This document shows positions 19,194 through 29,065 of a DNA stretch of 64,000 bases, piece by piece. The notes beneath the pieces are model-generated. The model saw only the letters and a program-made list of their open reading frames with translations, searched no databases and had not been told where the DNA came from. Positions within the stretch are counted from its first letter, which is position 1, and each line of letters begins with the position of its first letter. Both the position numbers and the translations under genes were made by a program. Source of the DNA: an uncultured Pelagibacteraceae bacterium (GTDB lineage Bacteria; Pseudomonadota; Alphaproteobacteria; Pelagibacterales; AG-422-B15); contig CACLWE010000006.1 of assembly GCA_902610585.1 (NCBI GenBank), positions 9,378 through 73,377 of the forward strand, in the 5' to 3' direction.

Positions 19194-19671
19194 AATATTG
19201 ATACCAATATTTCTTCTACTTTTTACAACATTATCAACGTCTTCATCTGACCTTCCTGTTCCTCGATGGGTTTCATTAAAAGGTGACGCTAACTTAAGAA
19301 AAGGCCCATTCCCTGAGGCCACAATTATTTATCGTTATCAACTTAAAGGTTATCCAATGGAGATTATTAGGGATATTGAAGGTTGGCGACAGGTGCGTGA
19401 CCCAAAAGATGGAGTAACTGGTTGGATGTCTCATATTCTTTTTTCAGGTAAAAGATATGCGCTTACGTCAAAAGAACCTTTCAGTTATGGATATGATAAA
19501 CCAAACAAAAACAAGATACTTGCTAAAATAGATCCTTTTGTTCATGCAAAAATTAATAAGTGTGACTCGAGTTGGTGTAGGATTACAATCATAGATGATG
19601 AGAAGGAAATTAAAGTCTGGATTGAAAAAAATAATTTACTAGGAGTATACCCTCACGAAATTATCAATTAA
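19186..19671 (+). CDS. secreted bacterial SH3-like domain protein (DUF1058-like)
   Basis: The ATG at 19186 gives a signal peptide (MRKILIPIFLLLFTTLSTSSS). The PRWVSLKGD.NLR.GP....I motif is typical of alphaproteobacterial SH3-like proteins. Confidence 0.6.
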   Translation: MRKILIPIFLLLFTTLSTSSSDLPVPRWVSLKGDANLRKGPFPEATIIYRYQLKGYPMEIIRDIEGWRQVRDPKDGVTGWMSHILFSGKRYALTSKEPFSYGYDKPNKNKILAKIDPFVHAKINKCDSSWCRITIIDDEKEIKVWIEKNNLLGVYPHEIIN

Positions 19672-19680
19672 TATTTATTA

Positions 19681-20082
19681 ATGATAAGAATTTTCTCTGT
19701 TCTAATTTTATTTATCTCTAATTCATTTGCAGATATAGAAATAAGAAAACAAAATGACCTGTTTTGTTACGATGGCGATACATGCTATGTAATATATGAA
19801 GGAAAGAAAGATAAAGTTAGACTGCTTGATCTAGATACTCCTGAAATTTCAAATCCTAAATGTGAAAAAGAGTATATACTTGGGATTGAAGCTCGTGACT
19901 ATATTAACCAATTAATTTCAGAAGGGAAAAGAATTGAATTTGAAACCGAATACAATAGAGACTTTTTTGGTAGAATCTTATCTTATATAATTGTAGATGG
20001 AGAAAATGTTTCAAAATTGATGGTCTCACACAGTTTAGGAGTCGTGTATGATAAAAATAATAAGAAAGACTGGTGTGAATGA
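19681..20082 (+). CDS. secreted thermonuclease (staphylococcal nuclease, SNase) family protein
   Basis: Signal peptide present. SNase active-site pattern DGDT...RLLDLDTPE...FGRILSY. Confidence 0.75.
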   Translation: MIRIFSVLILFISNSFADIEIRKQNDLFCYDGDTCYVIYEGKKDKVRLLDLDTPEISNPKCEKEYILGIEARDYINQLISEGKRIEFETEYNRDFFGRILSYIIVDGENVSKLMVSHSLGVVYDKNNKKDWCE

Positions 20083-20360
20083 GTGAGGATAATAACCTAG
20101 AGCAAGATATAGGAAAACTCAGTTATCTGTTAAATCAAATCAAAGAGCCAATTGTTTGCGTTAAGTGTTCTGATGAATTTATGACTGGCCAGACAGATGC
20201 AAAATCACTTAAGGATTACTCAAGAATCGATGTAGGTTTTACTGAGAGAGGCATTCAATTATGGTGTCAAAGACACCAAATAAATATTTGTCATATAAAT
20301 TTTAATGGTCAGAAACCAGAGGTTGATTTTAGATGCTTGGAAAAGAAGGAAATTAAATGA
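20079..20360 (+). CDS. hypothetical Cys/His-rich small protein (93 aa)
   Basis: ATGA overlaps at both ends. Contains CVKC...WCQRH...ICH, a possible zinc site. No family was recognised. Confidence 0.5.
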   Translation: MSEDNNLEQDIGKLSYLLNQIKEPIVCVKCSDEFMTGQTDAKSLKDYSRIDVGFTERGIQLWCQRHQINICHINFNGQKPEVDFRCLEKKEIK

Positions 20361-21781
20361 AATATATTTTCTGGGATCTCGAAACATCAACGTTGAATGC
20401 TGCTTATGGATCAATAATACAAGCAGCCGCAATTTGTACTGACGAAGATTTCAATATTTTGGACCAATTTGATTTAAGAGGTCGGATGAAGAAGGAATAT
20501 CCAGTTCCTTCAGCAAAAGCATTATTAGTAAATGGGGTTTCCATAGATCAATTAAAAAATCATGAAAACTCTAATTTTAGTTTGATTTCCCAAATGCAAA
20601 GTAAATTTCTCTCCTGGGGCGAATCGTTATTTATCGGATACAATTCAATATCGTTCGATGACATGCACTTAAGACAATCTCTTTATCAATCAGCGCTTCC
20701 ACCTTATATCACAAATACAAATGGAAATAAAAGAGGTGATGCTATGAAACTGCTTCATTCCGCTGCTGCCGTTTATCCAAATGCTTTTGTAAGACCACTT
20801 GATGATGAAACAGGAAAAATAACTTTTAGACTTGAAAAATTTGCTGCAGCAAACGGCATAGAACACTCTAAAGCTCACGATGCTCTTTCAGATGTTGAAG
20901 CTACACTTGGTGTGTGTAAGCTTGTTAAAGAAAAATGTAATGATGTTTGGGAGAGTGCTCTTCAAACAGCTTCAAAGCAAGATGTGTATGCATATGTGAA
21001 TCAAGATAAAGTATTTTGCGCAAGTCGATTTTTCAGAGGAAGGGAATATACGCATGGTCTTGTCTTTTTAACAAAAGATCCATCTTATGAAAACCATGTC
21101 TATTGTTATGATTTAACTGTCGATCCTGATTATATTTTTGATCTAGAACGATCAGAACTAAAAAAATTATTTAAAGGAAAAAACAAGTGTTTTCATATGA
21201 TCAAAGCAAATGAGCAACCGATACTTTTAAATGAAGAATATTTATATCGATCGGAAAACTATAAAGAACTTACGCCAGAAATTGTAAATGAGAGAATGAA
21301 AAAAGTTAGGGGCAATAAGAATTTTATTGAGAAATTTACAAATTTACTCCTTGATAGAGGAGAAGACAGAGAATTAACCCAAGATCAAACCGAAAAGCCA
21401 GTTGAAGAGCAGATATACAATGGTTTTCCCAGTTCCAAAGACAATTATTTGATGTCAGATTTTCACGCGGCAGAATGGGAAAAAAAATACGAAATCGCAG
21501 AAAAAATTACAGATATTAGATCAAAAGAATTCGCAAAAAGGGTAATTTACAATGAAAAACCGGAATATTTACCAAAAAAAGAAATTCAAAAAAGAGATAA
21601 GGAAGTAGCTGAAAAAATATTATCAATGGATAAATGTACATGGAATACTATTCCAGCGGCAATGACAGAAATTGATGATTTAAGAGAAAGTGATGATGAA
21701 ATTGATATGAATCGTTTAGAAGAAATAGATACCTACATTCAGGAACTAGATGAATATCATAGAGGTAAACTAGATGGATAG
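20357..21781 (+). CDS. sbcB: exodeoxyribonuclease I
   Basis: 474 aa. DEDDh exonuclease motifs (FWDLETS, NSISFDD, HDALSDVEAT) and a length typical of ExoI. Confidence 0.8.
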   Translation: MKYIFWDLETSTLNAAYGSIIQAAAICTDEDFNILDQFDLRGRMKKEYPVPSAKALLVNGVSIDQLKNHENSNFSLISQMQSKFLSWGESLFIGYNSISFDDMHLRQSLYQSALPPYITNTNGNKRGDAMKLLHSAAAVYPNAFVRPLDDETGKITFRLEKFAAANGIEHSKAHDALSDVEATLGVCKLVKEKCNDVWESALQTASKQDVYAYVNQDKVFCASRFFRGREYTHGLVFLTKDPSYENHVYCYDLTVDPDYIFDLERSELKKLFKGKNKCFHMIKANEQPILLNEEYLYRSENYKELTPEIVNERMKKVRGNKNFIEKFTNLLLDRGEDRELTQDQTEKPVEEQIYNGFPSSKDNYLMSDFHAAEWEKKYEIAEKITDIRSKEFAKRVIYNEKPEYLPKKEIQKRDKEVAEKILSMDKCTWNTIPAAMTEIDDLRESDDEIDMNRLEEIDTYIQELDEYHRGKLDG

Positions 21782-22769
21782 TATTACTACAATCTTAATA
21801 TTTGTAATCGGGGCAGTAATTGGTGGATTAACTGTTCATTTATTTAAAAGAAATTCGAATAATATCGAAGAAAGTGAGAGTTTAAACGATGTAAAAGATC
21901 TAGTTAAAGATCTAAGTGATAAAATTTCTCTTAAAGAAGGTAAAGATGAAGAACGTTATGAGATGGTCAATAGATTAACTTCTGCATTCACAGGTGGAAC
22001 AAAAAAACAAGGCGCAGCTGGTGAAATTTTATTGATTAATATTTTGCAACAATCAGGGTTAAGAGAAGGAAAGGATTTTGAAGTACAAAAAAAGTTTGAT
22101 GATGAGGTGAATGGTGAATTGAAAAGAAAATATCCAGATATTATTTTACATTTACCAGACAGCAGGGACATAATAATTGACTCAAAAGTCTCACTCAGTG
22201 CTTGGCAAGAATATTGCAATTCTGAAGATCAATTAATAAAAAAAGATGCTCATATGAGGCATATTCAATCGATACGTAGTCACTTAAAAAAACTCAGTGA
22301 AGCTAATTATCAAAAGATATATGAAATTAAAACATTAGATGCAGTTATAATGTTTATGCCGTATGAGAGTGCTTTTGACTCAATGCTAGATAAAACTGAG
22401 GAAATCATTCTTGAGGCAAATAAATATAAGATAATTTTAGCAAGCCCATCTACTTTGATATCTGTGCTAAAAATAATTGATAACATGTGGTCAATTAACG
22501 AAAGAAACAAGAATGCAGATCTAATAGCAGGCACAGCTCTTGAAATTTATTCTCAGGTTGAAAAGGTATACAGTGCTTTTGAAAATGCTGGATATGAACT
22601 AAGTAAATCAATGGGATCAATTGAAACTGCAAAGAATAGATTAAAAGATGGGAAAGGAAGCTTGGTATCGCGAGTAAAAAAAATGATTAAACTGGGGGGT
22701 TTAAAACCTGATAAAGAAATCCCACAAACAGAAGAAATTTCGTCCACAAAAATAAAAAAAATCAAATAA
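21774..22769 (+). CDS. rmuC: DNA recombination protein RmuC (short form)
   Basis: N-terminal TM segment, a coiled-coil region, and an RmuC nuclease-like core (PDIILHLPD...IIDSKVSL..., FMPYESAF). Confidence 0.8.
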   Translation: MDSITTILIFVIGAVIGGLTVHLFKRNSNNIEESESLNDVKDLVKDLSDKISLKEGKDEERYEMVNRLTSAFTGGTKKQGAAGEILLINILQQSGLREGKDFEVQKKFDDEVNGELKRKYPDIILHLPDSRDIIIDSKVSLSAWQEYCNSEDQLIKKDAHMRHIQSIRSHLKKLSEANYQKIYEIKTLDAVIMFMPYESAFDSMLDKTEEIILEANKYKIILASPSTLISVLKIIDNMWSINERNKNADLIAGTALEIYSQVEKVYSAFENAGYELSKSMGSIETAKNRLKDGKGSLVSRVKKMIKLGGLKPDKEIPQTEEISSTKIKKIK

Positions 22770-22807
22770 TATCAGCTATTTAGGAAAAAATTATCTTGTA
22801 TTTAGCC

Positions 22808-22836
22808 TTGACTTTGGCCCCCCTCATACATAAATT
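22808..22836 (+). promoter_or_regulatory. sigma70-like promoter upstream of trxA (-35 TTGACT, 17-nt spacer, -10 TAAATT)
   Basis: Read directly from the sequence. A GGAAGGA ribosome-binding site lies at 22851-22857, 6 nt before the ATG. Confidence 0.35.
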
Positions 22837-22863
22837 ACAGACAACTCTAGGGAAGGAATCACT

Positions 22864-23187
22864 ATGGCAACTATTAATGTAACAGACGCATCTTTTGAAG
22901 AAGAAGTATTGAAATCAGATAAGCCTGTTGTGCTTGATTTTTGGGCACCTTGGTGTGGACCTTGTAAACAAATTGGCCCATCTCTTGAAGAGATATCAGA
23001 TGAAATGGCTGATAAAATCACCGTTGCTAAAATTAATATTGATGAAAACCCTAATACACCCACACAGTTTGGTGTTAGAGGAATCCCAACTATGTTAGTT
23101 TTTAAGAATGGTGAGGCTGCTGCAACGAAAGTTGGAGCAGTATCTAAAACCGCAATCGTTGAGTGGATTGAAGACTCAATCGCTTAA
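22864..23187 (+). CDS. trxA: thioredoxin
   Basis: 107 aa with the WAPWCGPCK active site. Confidence 0.95.
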   Translation: MATINVTDASFEEEVLKSDKPVVLDFWAPWCGPCKQIGPSLEEISDEMADKITVAKINIDENPNTPTQFGVRGIPTMLVFKNGEAAATKVGAVSKTAIVEWIEDSIA

Positions 23188-24470
23188 TTCATTTCTAAAA
23201 CTTTTCCGGCTAAATATAAAGATCCACATATTAGGATACGTGCATCTTGGTAATTATTATTTAAATTAGCTAATGCTTCCTGAATTGAGTCGGCTCTATT
23301 TACATTTTCATAATACTTTTTAAGACCAGCATATAATTCATTTGAGTCAATTGCACTCTCTTCATTTGGTATTGTAATAACAGTTAGAGCATCAATTTTA
23401 TCAAACTTGTTTAAATAACTAATCGGATCTTTTGTATTGATCATTCCTAAAATTATACACAACTTTTTAGTTGCAAGCTGATTAATTGTTTCATTTAAAT
23501 TACTCGCAGCGTCCTCATTATGAGAACCATCTAAATACAATTCATTTGTTGAAGCTATAGTAGATCCTAATTTGCCATCAGATATCTTTTCCATTCTTCC
23601 TGGAAAGTAAGTTTTATTGTGGAGATTTTTAGAGACAAAAGACTTGATATCAATATTGGTTAGTTTTGAAGCTGCAGCCAATGCAAGTCCAAGGTTCTTT
23701 TTTTGAAATAGATTATGTATATATAGGTTATCAAATTCAATTTTATTTTGGTTATCTTCATATATTAACTTGTCATTATGTTCCGTTAAGTTCCAGTGAA
23801 TTCCATGGGCAAATATCGTAGCTTTTTTATAATCCGCCTGATCTATAAGTATTTCTCTAGCTTCTGGGTAAGGCTGATAACCAATAATAGCTGGGATATC
23901 ACTTTTAATAATTCCAGACTTTTCAAATGCTATCATCTCAATGCTATCTCCTAAAAAATCCTGATGATCTCTAGAAATTGAGGTAATGACCGAGATTGCA
24001 GGAGTTATTACATTGCTGCTATCCAGTCTTCCACCTAAACCGACTTCAAGAAGTGTATAATCAGCCGGGCTATTTGAGGCCGCTTCAAAAAAAGCGGAAC
24101 TAGTTATTTCAAAGAAAGTAATCGGATCGCTATGATTAAAATCTTTCACTTTATTTAAGACGGAATACAGCTTCTCATTTGATATTTCTTTATCCATAAG
24201 CTGAAACCTCTCATTAAATCTTATTAGGTGAGGCGAGATATAGGCATTCGTCGATTTACTATTACTTTTTAAGATATCCTGAATAAATTTCAGTGTAGAA
24301 AATTTTCCATTAGTTCCAGCAATATGAACAATATTATTTATTTTATTTTGAGGGTTATCTAATTTTTCTAATAGATTACAAACTCTATCAAGTGATAAAT
24401 CTATTCTTTTTGGATGAAGTTCAAGAAGCTCGTCTAAAAGCTTATCAATTTGTTCATTTGATATTTTCAA
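23184..24470 (-). CDS. folC: bifunctional folylpolyglutamate synthase / dihydrofolate synthase
   Basis: Mur-ligase-like P-loop (HIAGTNGK). Conserved alphaproteobacterial accD-folC synteny. Confidence 0.85.
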   Translation of the reverse strand: MKISNEQIDKLLDELLELHPKRIDLSLDRVCNLLEKLDNPQNKINNIVHIAGTNGKFSTLKFIQDILKSNSKSTNAYISPHLIRFNERFQLMDKEISNEKLYSVLNKVKDFNHSDPITFFEITSSAFFEAASNSPADYTLLEVGLGGRLDSSNVITPAISVITSISRDHQDFLGDSIEMIAFEKSGIIKSDIPAIIGYQPYPEAREILIDQADYKKATIFAHGIHWNLTEHNDKLIYEDNQNKIEFDNLYIHNLFQKKNLGLALAAASKLTNIDIKSFVSKNLHNKTYFPGRMEKISDGKLGSTIASTNELYLDGSHNEDAASNLNETINQLATKKLCIILGMINTKDPISYLNKFDKIDALTVITIPNEESAIDSNELYAGLKKYYENVNRADSIQEALANLNNNYQDARILICGSLYLAGKVLEMN

Positions 24471-25325
24471 TTAGGCTACTCTTTTAAGTAATAATGAAAT
24501 TATTTGAGATAATTTATCTTTAAGTTCTTTTCTGTGAACTACTTGATCTATAAATCCATGTTCTAATAGATATTCTGATCTTTGGAACCCATCAGGCAGA
24601 GTCTCACCTACAGTATTTGAAATTACCCTAGGGCCTGCAAAACAAATTAATGCATTTGGTTCAGCCAATGTAATTGATCCCAACGATCCAAAAGATGCAG
24701 ACACACCTCCACTTGTTGGATTTGTATTAACAACTATATAAGGCAACTTAGCATCCTTGACTATTTGACAAGCTATTGTTGTTTTTGGAAGTGATTGAAG
24801 AGAATGCTGATTTTCATCCATTCTTGCCCCTCCCGAACAAGTGAATACAATTAATGGAGTATGGTTTTTGACCGAGTGTTCTGCTGCTTTAATCATTGCC
24901 TCTGCAGCTGAAGCCCCCACAGAACCTCCCATGAAATGAAAATTTTGAGCAGCAATAGTTACATTGATATTATTAATTTGTCCATAACCAATAAGAAAAC
25001 AGTCATCCATATCTGTTTTTTGGCGAGCATCATTAAATCGCTCTTTGTAAGTTTTTAATGCTTTAAAATTAAGTGGATCAGTAAATCCAGAGGGGTATTC
25101 TATTTCTTCAAATACTCCACCATCAAATAGATTTTTAAATCTAATACGAGGATGAATTTGCAAGTGTTCATCACAATTAGGGCATACAAAAAGAGTTTTT
25201 TCTAGATCACTCGAATAGAGCATTGTTTGGCATTGAGAGCATTTAATCCAAGCATTTTCTGCGACATCTAAACTTTTTTTCTTTCTAGGAAATACTTTTG
25301 AAATAGTTCTTGTTAACCAATTCAT
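24471..25325 (-). CDS. accD: acetyl-CoA carboxylase carboxyltransferase beta subunit
   Basis: N-terminal Zn ribbon (CSQC...CPNC) and a carboxyltransferase domain (MGGSVG). Confidence 0.9.
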   Translation of the reverse strand: MNWLTRTISKVFPRKKKSLDVAENAWIKCSQCQTMLYSSDLEKTLFVCPNCDEHLQIHPRIRFKNLFDGGVFEEIEYPSGFTDPLNFKALKTYKERFNDARQKTDMDDCFLIGYGQINNINVTIAAQNFHFMGGSVGASAAEAMIKAAEHSVKNHTPLIVFTCSGGARMDENQHSLQSLPKTTIACQIVKDAKLPYIVVNTNPTSGGVSASFGSLGSITLAEPNALICFAGPRVISNTVGETLPDGFQRSEYLLEHGFIDQVVHRKELKDKLSQIISLLLKRVA

Positions 25326-26128
25326 GAGCTTAGCTTTTGTTTTAAATCACCTACCATATTGCCTACATTTGTGGCAGGATTAAGTTTTTCATCAATTGAC
25401 CTTGTTATTTCTCTGCATAAAGCCGAACCTACAACGCATGCATCAGTATCCTTAAAATCATTTATTGTATCTGCTGTAATTCCAAAGCCAATTATACATT
25501 TTTTATCAGGTGATATCTTTTTAATTAAATTAAATCTTTTCTTAATTTCATCTGAACTTACCTTTAATTTTTGACCTGTAGTTGAAAGCATTGAAATATA
25601 GTAAACAACCTCATGAGCATCATTTAATATACTTTTTAGACGGTCTTCATTTGTTGTAGGGCATAGCAATTGTATGAATACAATACTATTTTCTTTACAT
25701 TTTTTTGCAAAATCAAGATTGAGTGGCCATGGCCAATCAACACATATTATTCCTGAAACTTTACTACTGACACATTTCTCTAGAAAATCTTCCTCCCCGT
25801 AAGCCATAATTTTATTCTGGTATGTCATTATGATAACATCTGTTTTATAATCTTTTTTGAAATCTTCAATAATTTCAAAAATATCATCTGTTTTAATCCC
25901 ACCAGATAGTGCTCTGTAAGTACTATCTTGAATTGCGCCACCATCACCAATATTTGCTCCGTGTCCCAGTCCACATTCAATGATATCAGCACCTGACTCT
26001 GCAATGGATTTAAATATATTAAGTGAAGTTTTTTTATCTGGATCTCCTCCAACTGTATAAGTTAACAGCGCAGCTCTATTATCTTCTTTTGCTCGTTCAA
26101 AAGATTTAATTAAAGTAGACAATGTCAT
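25322..26128 (-). CDS. trpA: tryptophan synthase alpha chain
   Basis: TrpA-like TIM-barrel sequence, placed downstream of trpB with a 4-nt overlap. Confidence 0.85.
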   Translation of the reverse strand: MTLSTLIKSFERAKEDNRAALLTYTVGGDPDKKTSLNIFKSIAESGADIIECGLGHGANIGDGGAIQDSTYRALSGGIKTDDIFEIIEDFKKDYKTDVIIMTYQNKIMAYGEEDFLEKCVSSKVSGIICVDWPWPLNLDFAKKCKENSIVFIQLLCPTTNEDRLKSILNDAHEVVYYISMLSTTGQKLKVSSDEIKKRFNLIKKISPDKKCIIGFGITADTINDFKDTDACVVGSALCREITRSIDEKLNPATNVGNMVGDLKQKLSS

Positions 26129-27354
26129 ATTTTGTAACCAAGTCTCTCAGCAATAATTTTTGAATCTTTTGCAGAGTCTCCGCAAGAATCTACAACAATA
26201 ATTGTATCTTTACTCAATTTAGGTGCAATTTTGATTGCTTCTGCGAATGCATGAGAAGGCTCAAGTGAGGGACTTACAAAACCCTCATTTTTACTGACTA
26301 ATTGAAATGCTTCTATGGCTTCTTCGTCACTCGCAGAAGTGTATCTTGCTCTCCCAGTTTCTTTTAAAAAACAATGAAGCGGGCTTACACCTGGATAATC
26401 AAGTCCAGCACTAATTGATTCTGTTTCCTCAATTTCTCCCTGGTCGTCTTGAATAACATATTGAGTTGCTCCGTGAAGAACCCCGATAGGCGAGTCATTT
26501 GTCAAGGGCGCAGCATGTTTTGAAGACTTTTCTGGTCCTCCAGCCTCTACCCCTATTAGTTCAACATTATCATAATCAATCCATTCATTCCAAAAACCTG
26601 CAGCTGATGATCCTCCACCAACACAATTAATTAATTTCATATCTTTTGGAACTTCACCAAATTCATCTATTACTTGTTTTTTCATTTCTCTGGATATCTG
26701 AGCGGTAGACCATGCACATATTTTGACAAAAATAGTAGGTCCAACCGTGCTTCCAACACACATATGTGCTTCCTCATTTTCACTTGTCCACCATCTCATA
26801 CATTCTGATACAGCATCAACCAAAGTTTGTGAGCCAGAGTTTACAGGTACGACTTCAGCACCATAACTTCGCATGGAAAATACATTTATAGACTGTCTTT
26901 CTAGATCCTTCGCGCCCATGAATATTTTACATTTTAAATTAAATTTAGCCGCTGCCATACTTAGCATCTTTCCCGCATATCCAGCGCCAGTGTCACCACC
27001 TATGTAAGTTTTTCCTAATCGCTTACATATTAAGCTGTGAACTACTGCATTATAAGCTTTGTGTGCCCCACCTGTTGCTTTAGAAACTAGTTTGCAATAA
27101 ATTTGAGCTCCACCAAGATGTTTTGTAAGGTTCTCTAATTTTATAAATGGAGTTGGTGCTCCAACAAAATTTTTAAAATAATAATCTCTCTCAGCAATAA
27201 ATGTCTTATCATTTCTTAATTTTTCAAATTCACGAGTTAATTCCTCAATCGGATAATTAAGACTTTCAGCTATTTGGTTTCCACCAAATTTACCGCCCCA
27301 ATATCCATTTTCATCGTGTTGATCAATGAGAGGAGTCCCTTTTTCTAGTTTCAT
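26125..27354 (-). CDS. trpB: tryptophan synthase beta chain
   Basis: PLP-lysine region (GGAHKAYNAV) and GGGSSAAG motif. 409 aa. Confidence 0.93.
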   Translation of the reverse strand: MKLEKGTPLIDQHDENGYWGGKFGGNQIAESLNYPIEELTREFEKLRNDKTFIAERDYYFKNFVGAPTPFIKLENLTKHLGGAQIYCKLVSKATGGAHKAYNAVVHSLICKRLGKTYIGGDTGAGYAGKMLSMAAAKFNLKCKIFMGAKDLERQSINVFSMRSYGAEVVPVNSGSQTLVDAVSECMRWWTSENEEAHMCVGSTVGPTIFVKICAWSTAQISREMKKQVIDEFGEVPKDMKLINCVGGGSSAAGFWNEWIDYDNVELIGVEAGGPEKSSKHAAPLTNDSPIGVLHGATQYVIQDDQGEIEETESISAGLDYPGVSPLHCFLKETGRARYTSASDEEAIEAFQLVSKNEGFVSPSLEPSHAFAEAIKIAPKLSKDTIIVVDSCGDSAKDSKIIAERLGYKI

Positions 27355-27992
27355 TTTTGCGCTTTGTTTGCCTTTGATATGAATTCAGATATTAATTTTT
27401 CATCTTTTATACCCTCTGAATTCTCAACACCAGAACTAACATCAAAATATTTCGTTTTTTTTAAATTTAATGCATCTGAAATATTAGTAGTGTTGAGCCC
27501 CCCTGATAGAAAAAAAGACTTATTTGGGGAAAAATTTCTGATAATTTTCCAATCAAATGTCTGGCCCGTTCCTCCAGGCATATCTTTCCTTTGTTCTGAA
27601 TCTAATAGAATATAGTCAATGTAAGGACAATATTCTTTTATTTTATCTAAATCAGACTCTGTAGATATGCTAAATGATTTTATTATTTTTAGATTATAAG
27701 CTTCATTAATTTTTCTTACCTCATTTAAACTCTCATTTCCGTGTAATTGAAGATGAGTAAACTTCATTTCTGAGTAAGTCTCTAAATCACTTTTAGTTGG
27801 ATTAACAGTTACTGCAACAGTACTCACTTCGCCATTTATTTCATCTAAAATTCTCGTGCATTTACTGATTGATATATTTCTGCTTGAATTTTCAAAAAAA
27901 ACAAAGCCTAAAAAAGATGCACCACAATTGATTGCATGTTTAGCAATTTTAATATCTTTTACTCCACAAATTTTAATGAACGCTTTACTCAC
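27351..27992 (-). CDS. trpF: phosphoribosylanthranilate isomerase
   Basis: IKICG... start, 213 aa, in trpF-trpB-trpA order. Confidence 0.85.
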   Translation of the reverse strand: MSKAFIKICGVKDIKIAKHAINCGASFLGFVFFENSSRNISISKCTRILDEINGEVSTVAVTVNPTKSDLETYSEMKFTHLQLHGNESLNEVRKINEAYNLKIIKSFSISTESDLDKIKEYCPYIDYILLDSEQRKDMPGGTGQTFDWKIIRNFSPNKSFFLSGGLNTTNISDALNLKKTKYFDVSSGVENSEGIKDEKLISEFISKANKAQK

Positions 27993-28681
27993 TTTATGCT
28001 TTGATGAAAAATTTCAGCTGCATTTTCTGGTGAGTCAGCAGAAGTTATTGGCCTTCCCACTACAATGATATCTGCACCTAACTCAATTGCTTTCTTAGCT
28101 GAAAGAGTTCTTTTTTGATCATTAGCAATGTCTGTTTGATTTCTTATTCCAGGCACAACAACTTTTAATTTAGATCCAAATGTTTCTTTGACTTTTCTTA
28201 TCTCCATTGGACTACAAACAACCCCATCCATTCCACAATTTAGTGCAAGTGTAGATAAATTTTCTACATTCTTATCAACTGATCCAATAAAGCCAATTTC
28301 ATTTGCAATAATGTCATCAAAGCTCGTAAGCATTGTAACACCAATTAGATTTGTATTACTATTTAATTGATTTTTTAAATTGACACATTCCTTCAGCATC
28401 TCCGAACCTCCCGTGAGATGAAGTGTTGTGTATGTTGGATTGAAGGATAGAATATTTTTTAGTGACTTTTTTACTGTATTTGGAATATCGTAGAGTTTTA
28501 GGTCAAGGAATAATGGAATTCCAAGTTTAGAGACTTTTTCAATTCCGATGATGCCACATGAGGTAAAGAATTCTAAGCCCAATTTTACTCCACCTACATG
28601 AGGAGAAATTTCTTTGATAAGTGTCAATGCATTCTCAATGCTACTTGTATCAATTGCACAATAGATAGGATTCTTGGTCAA
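27989..28681 (-). CDS. pyrF: orotidine 5'-phosphate decarboxylase
   Basis: Motifs FLDLKLYDIPNT and VVVPGIR...Q.R. Confidence 0.85.
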   Translation of the reverse strand: MTKNPIYCAIDTSSIENALTLIKEISPHVGGVKLGLEFFTSCGIIGIEKVSKLGIPLFLDLKLYDIPNTVKKSLKNILSFNPTYTTLHLTGGSEMLKECVNLKNQLNSNTNLIGVTMLTSFDDIIANEIGFIGSVDKNVENLSTLALNCGMDGVVCSPMEIRKVKETFGSKLKVVVPGIRNQTDIANDQKRTLSAKKAIELGADIIVVGRPITSADSPENAAEIFHQSIK

Positions 28682-28710
28682 ATTATTGTTTTAAAAATAT
28701 CTCACTAATT

Positions 28711-29010
28711 TTAGTCAGTATTATTTTTTTTATTTAGTCTTAATCTCAGTTCTTTTCCTGTCTTAAAGCGGGGTATAAATTTTTCTTCAACATTAACAGC
28801 CTCGCCAGTTCTTGGATTTCTTCCAGTGCGTTGTTTTCGATGCTGTACCGAGAACGCTCCAAAACCTCTTAATTCTACTCTTTTTCCGTTAGCTAATGAT
28901 TGTGTAATTTCGTTGAAAATTGTATTAACTATTCTTTCTACGTCTCTCACAAAAAGATGAGGGTTAGCTTCAGTAATATTTTGAATAAGTTTCGATTTTA
29001 TTAAACTCAT
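28711..29010 (-). CDS. ihfB: integration host factor beta subunit
   Basis: HU/IHF fold ([19 protein letters not shown]). Positioned next to rpsA as in other proteobacteria. Confidence 0.85.
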   Translation of the reverse strand: MSLIKSKLIQNITEANPHLFVRDVERIVNTIFNEITQSLANGKRVELRGFGAFSVQHRKQRTGRNPRTGEAVNVEEKFIPRFKTGKELRLRLNKKNNTD

Positions 29011-29065
29011 ATAATTAATTATATGGTATTAGTTTGTATTGTAAATAATTGATTGTAATAGATAT

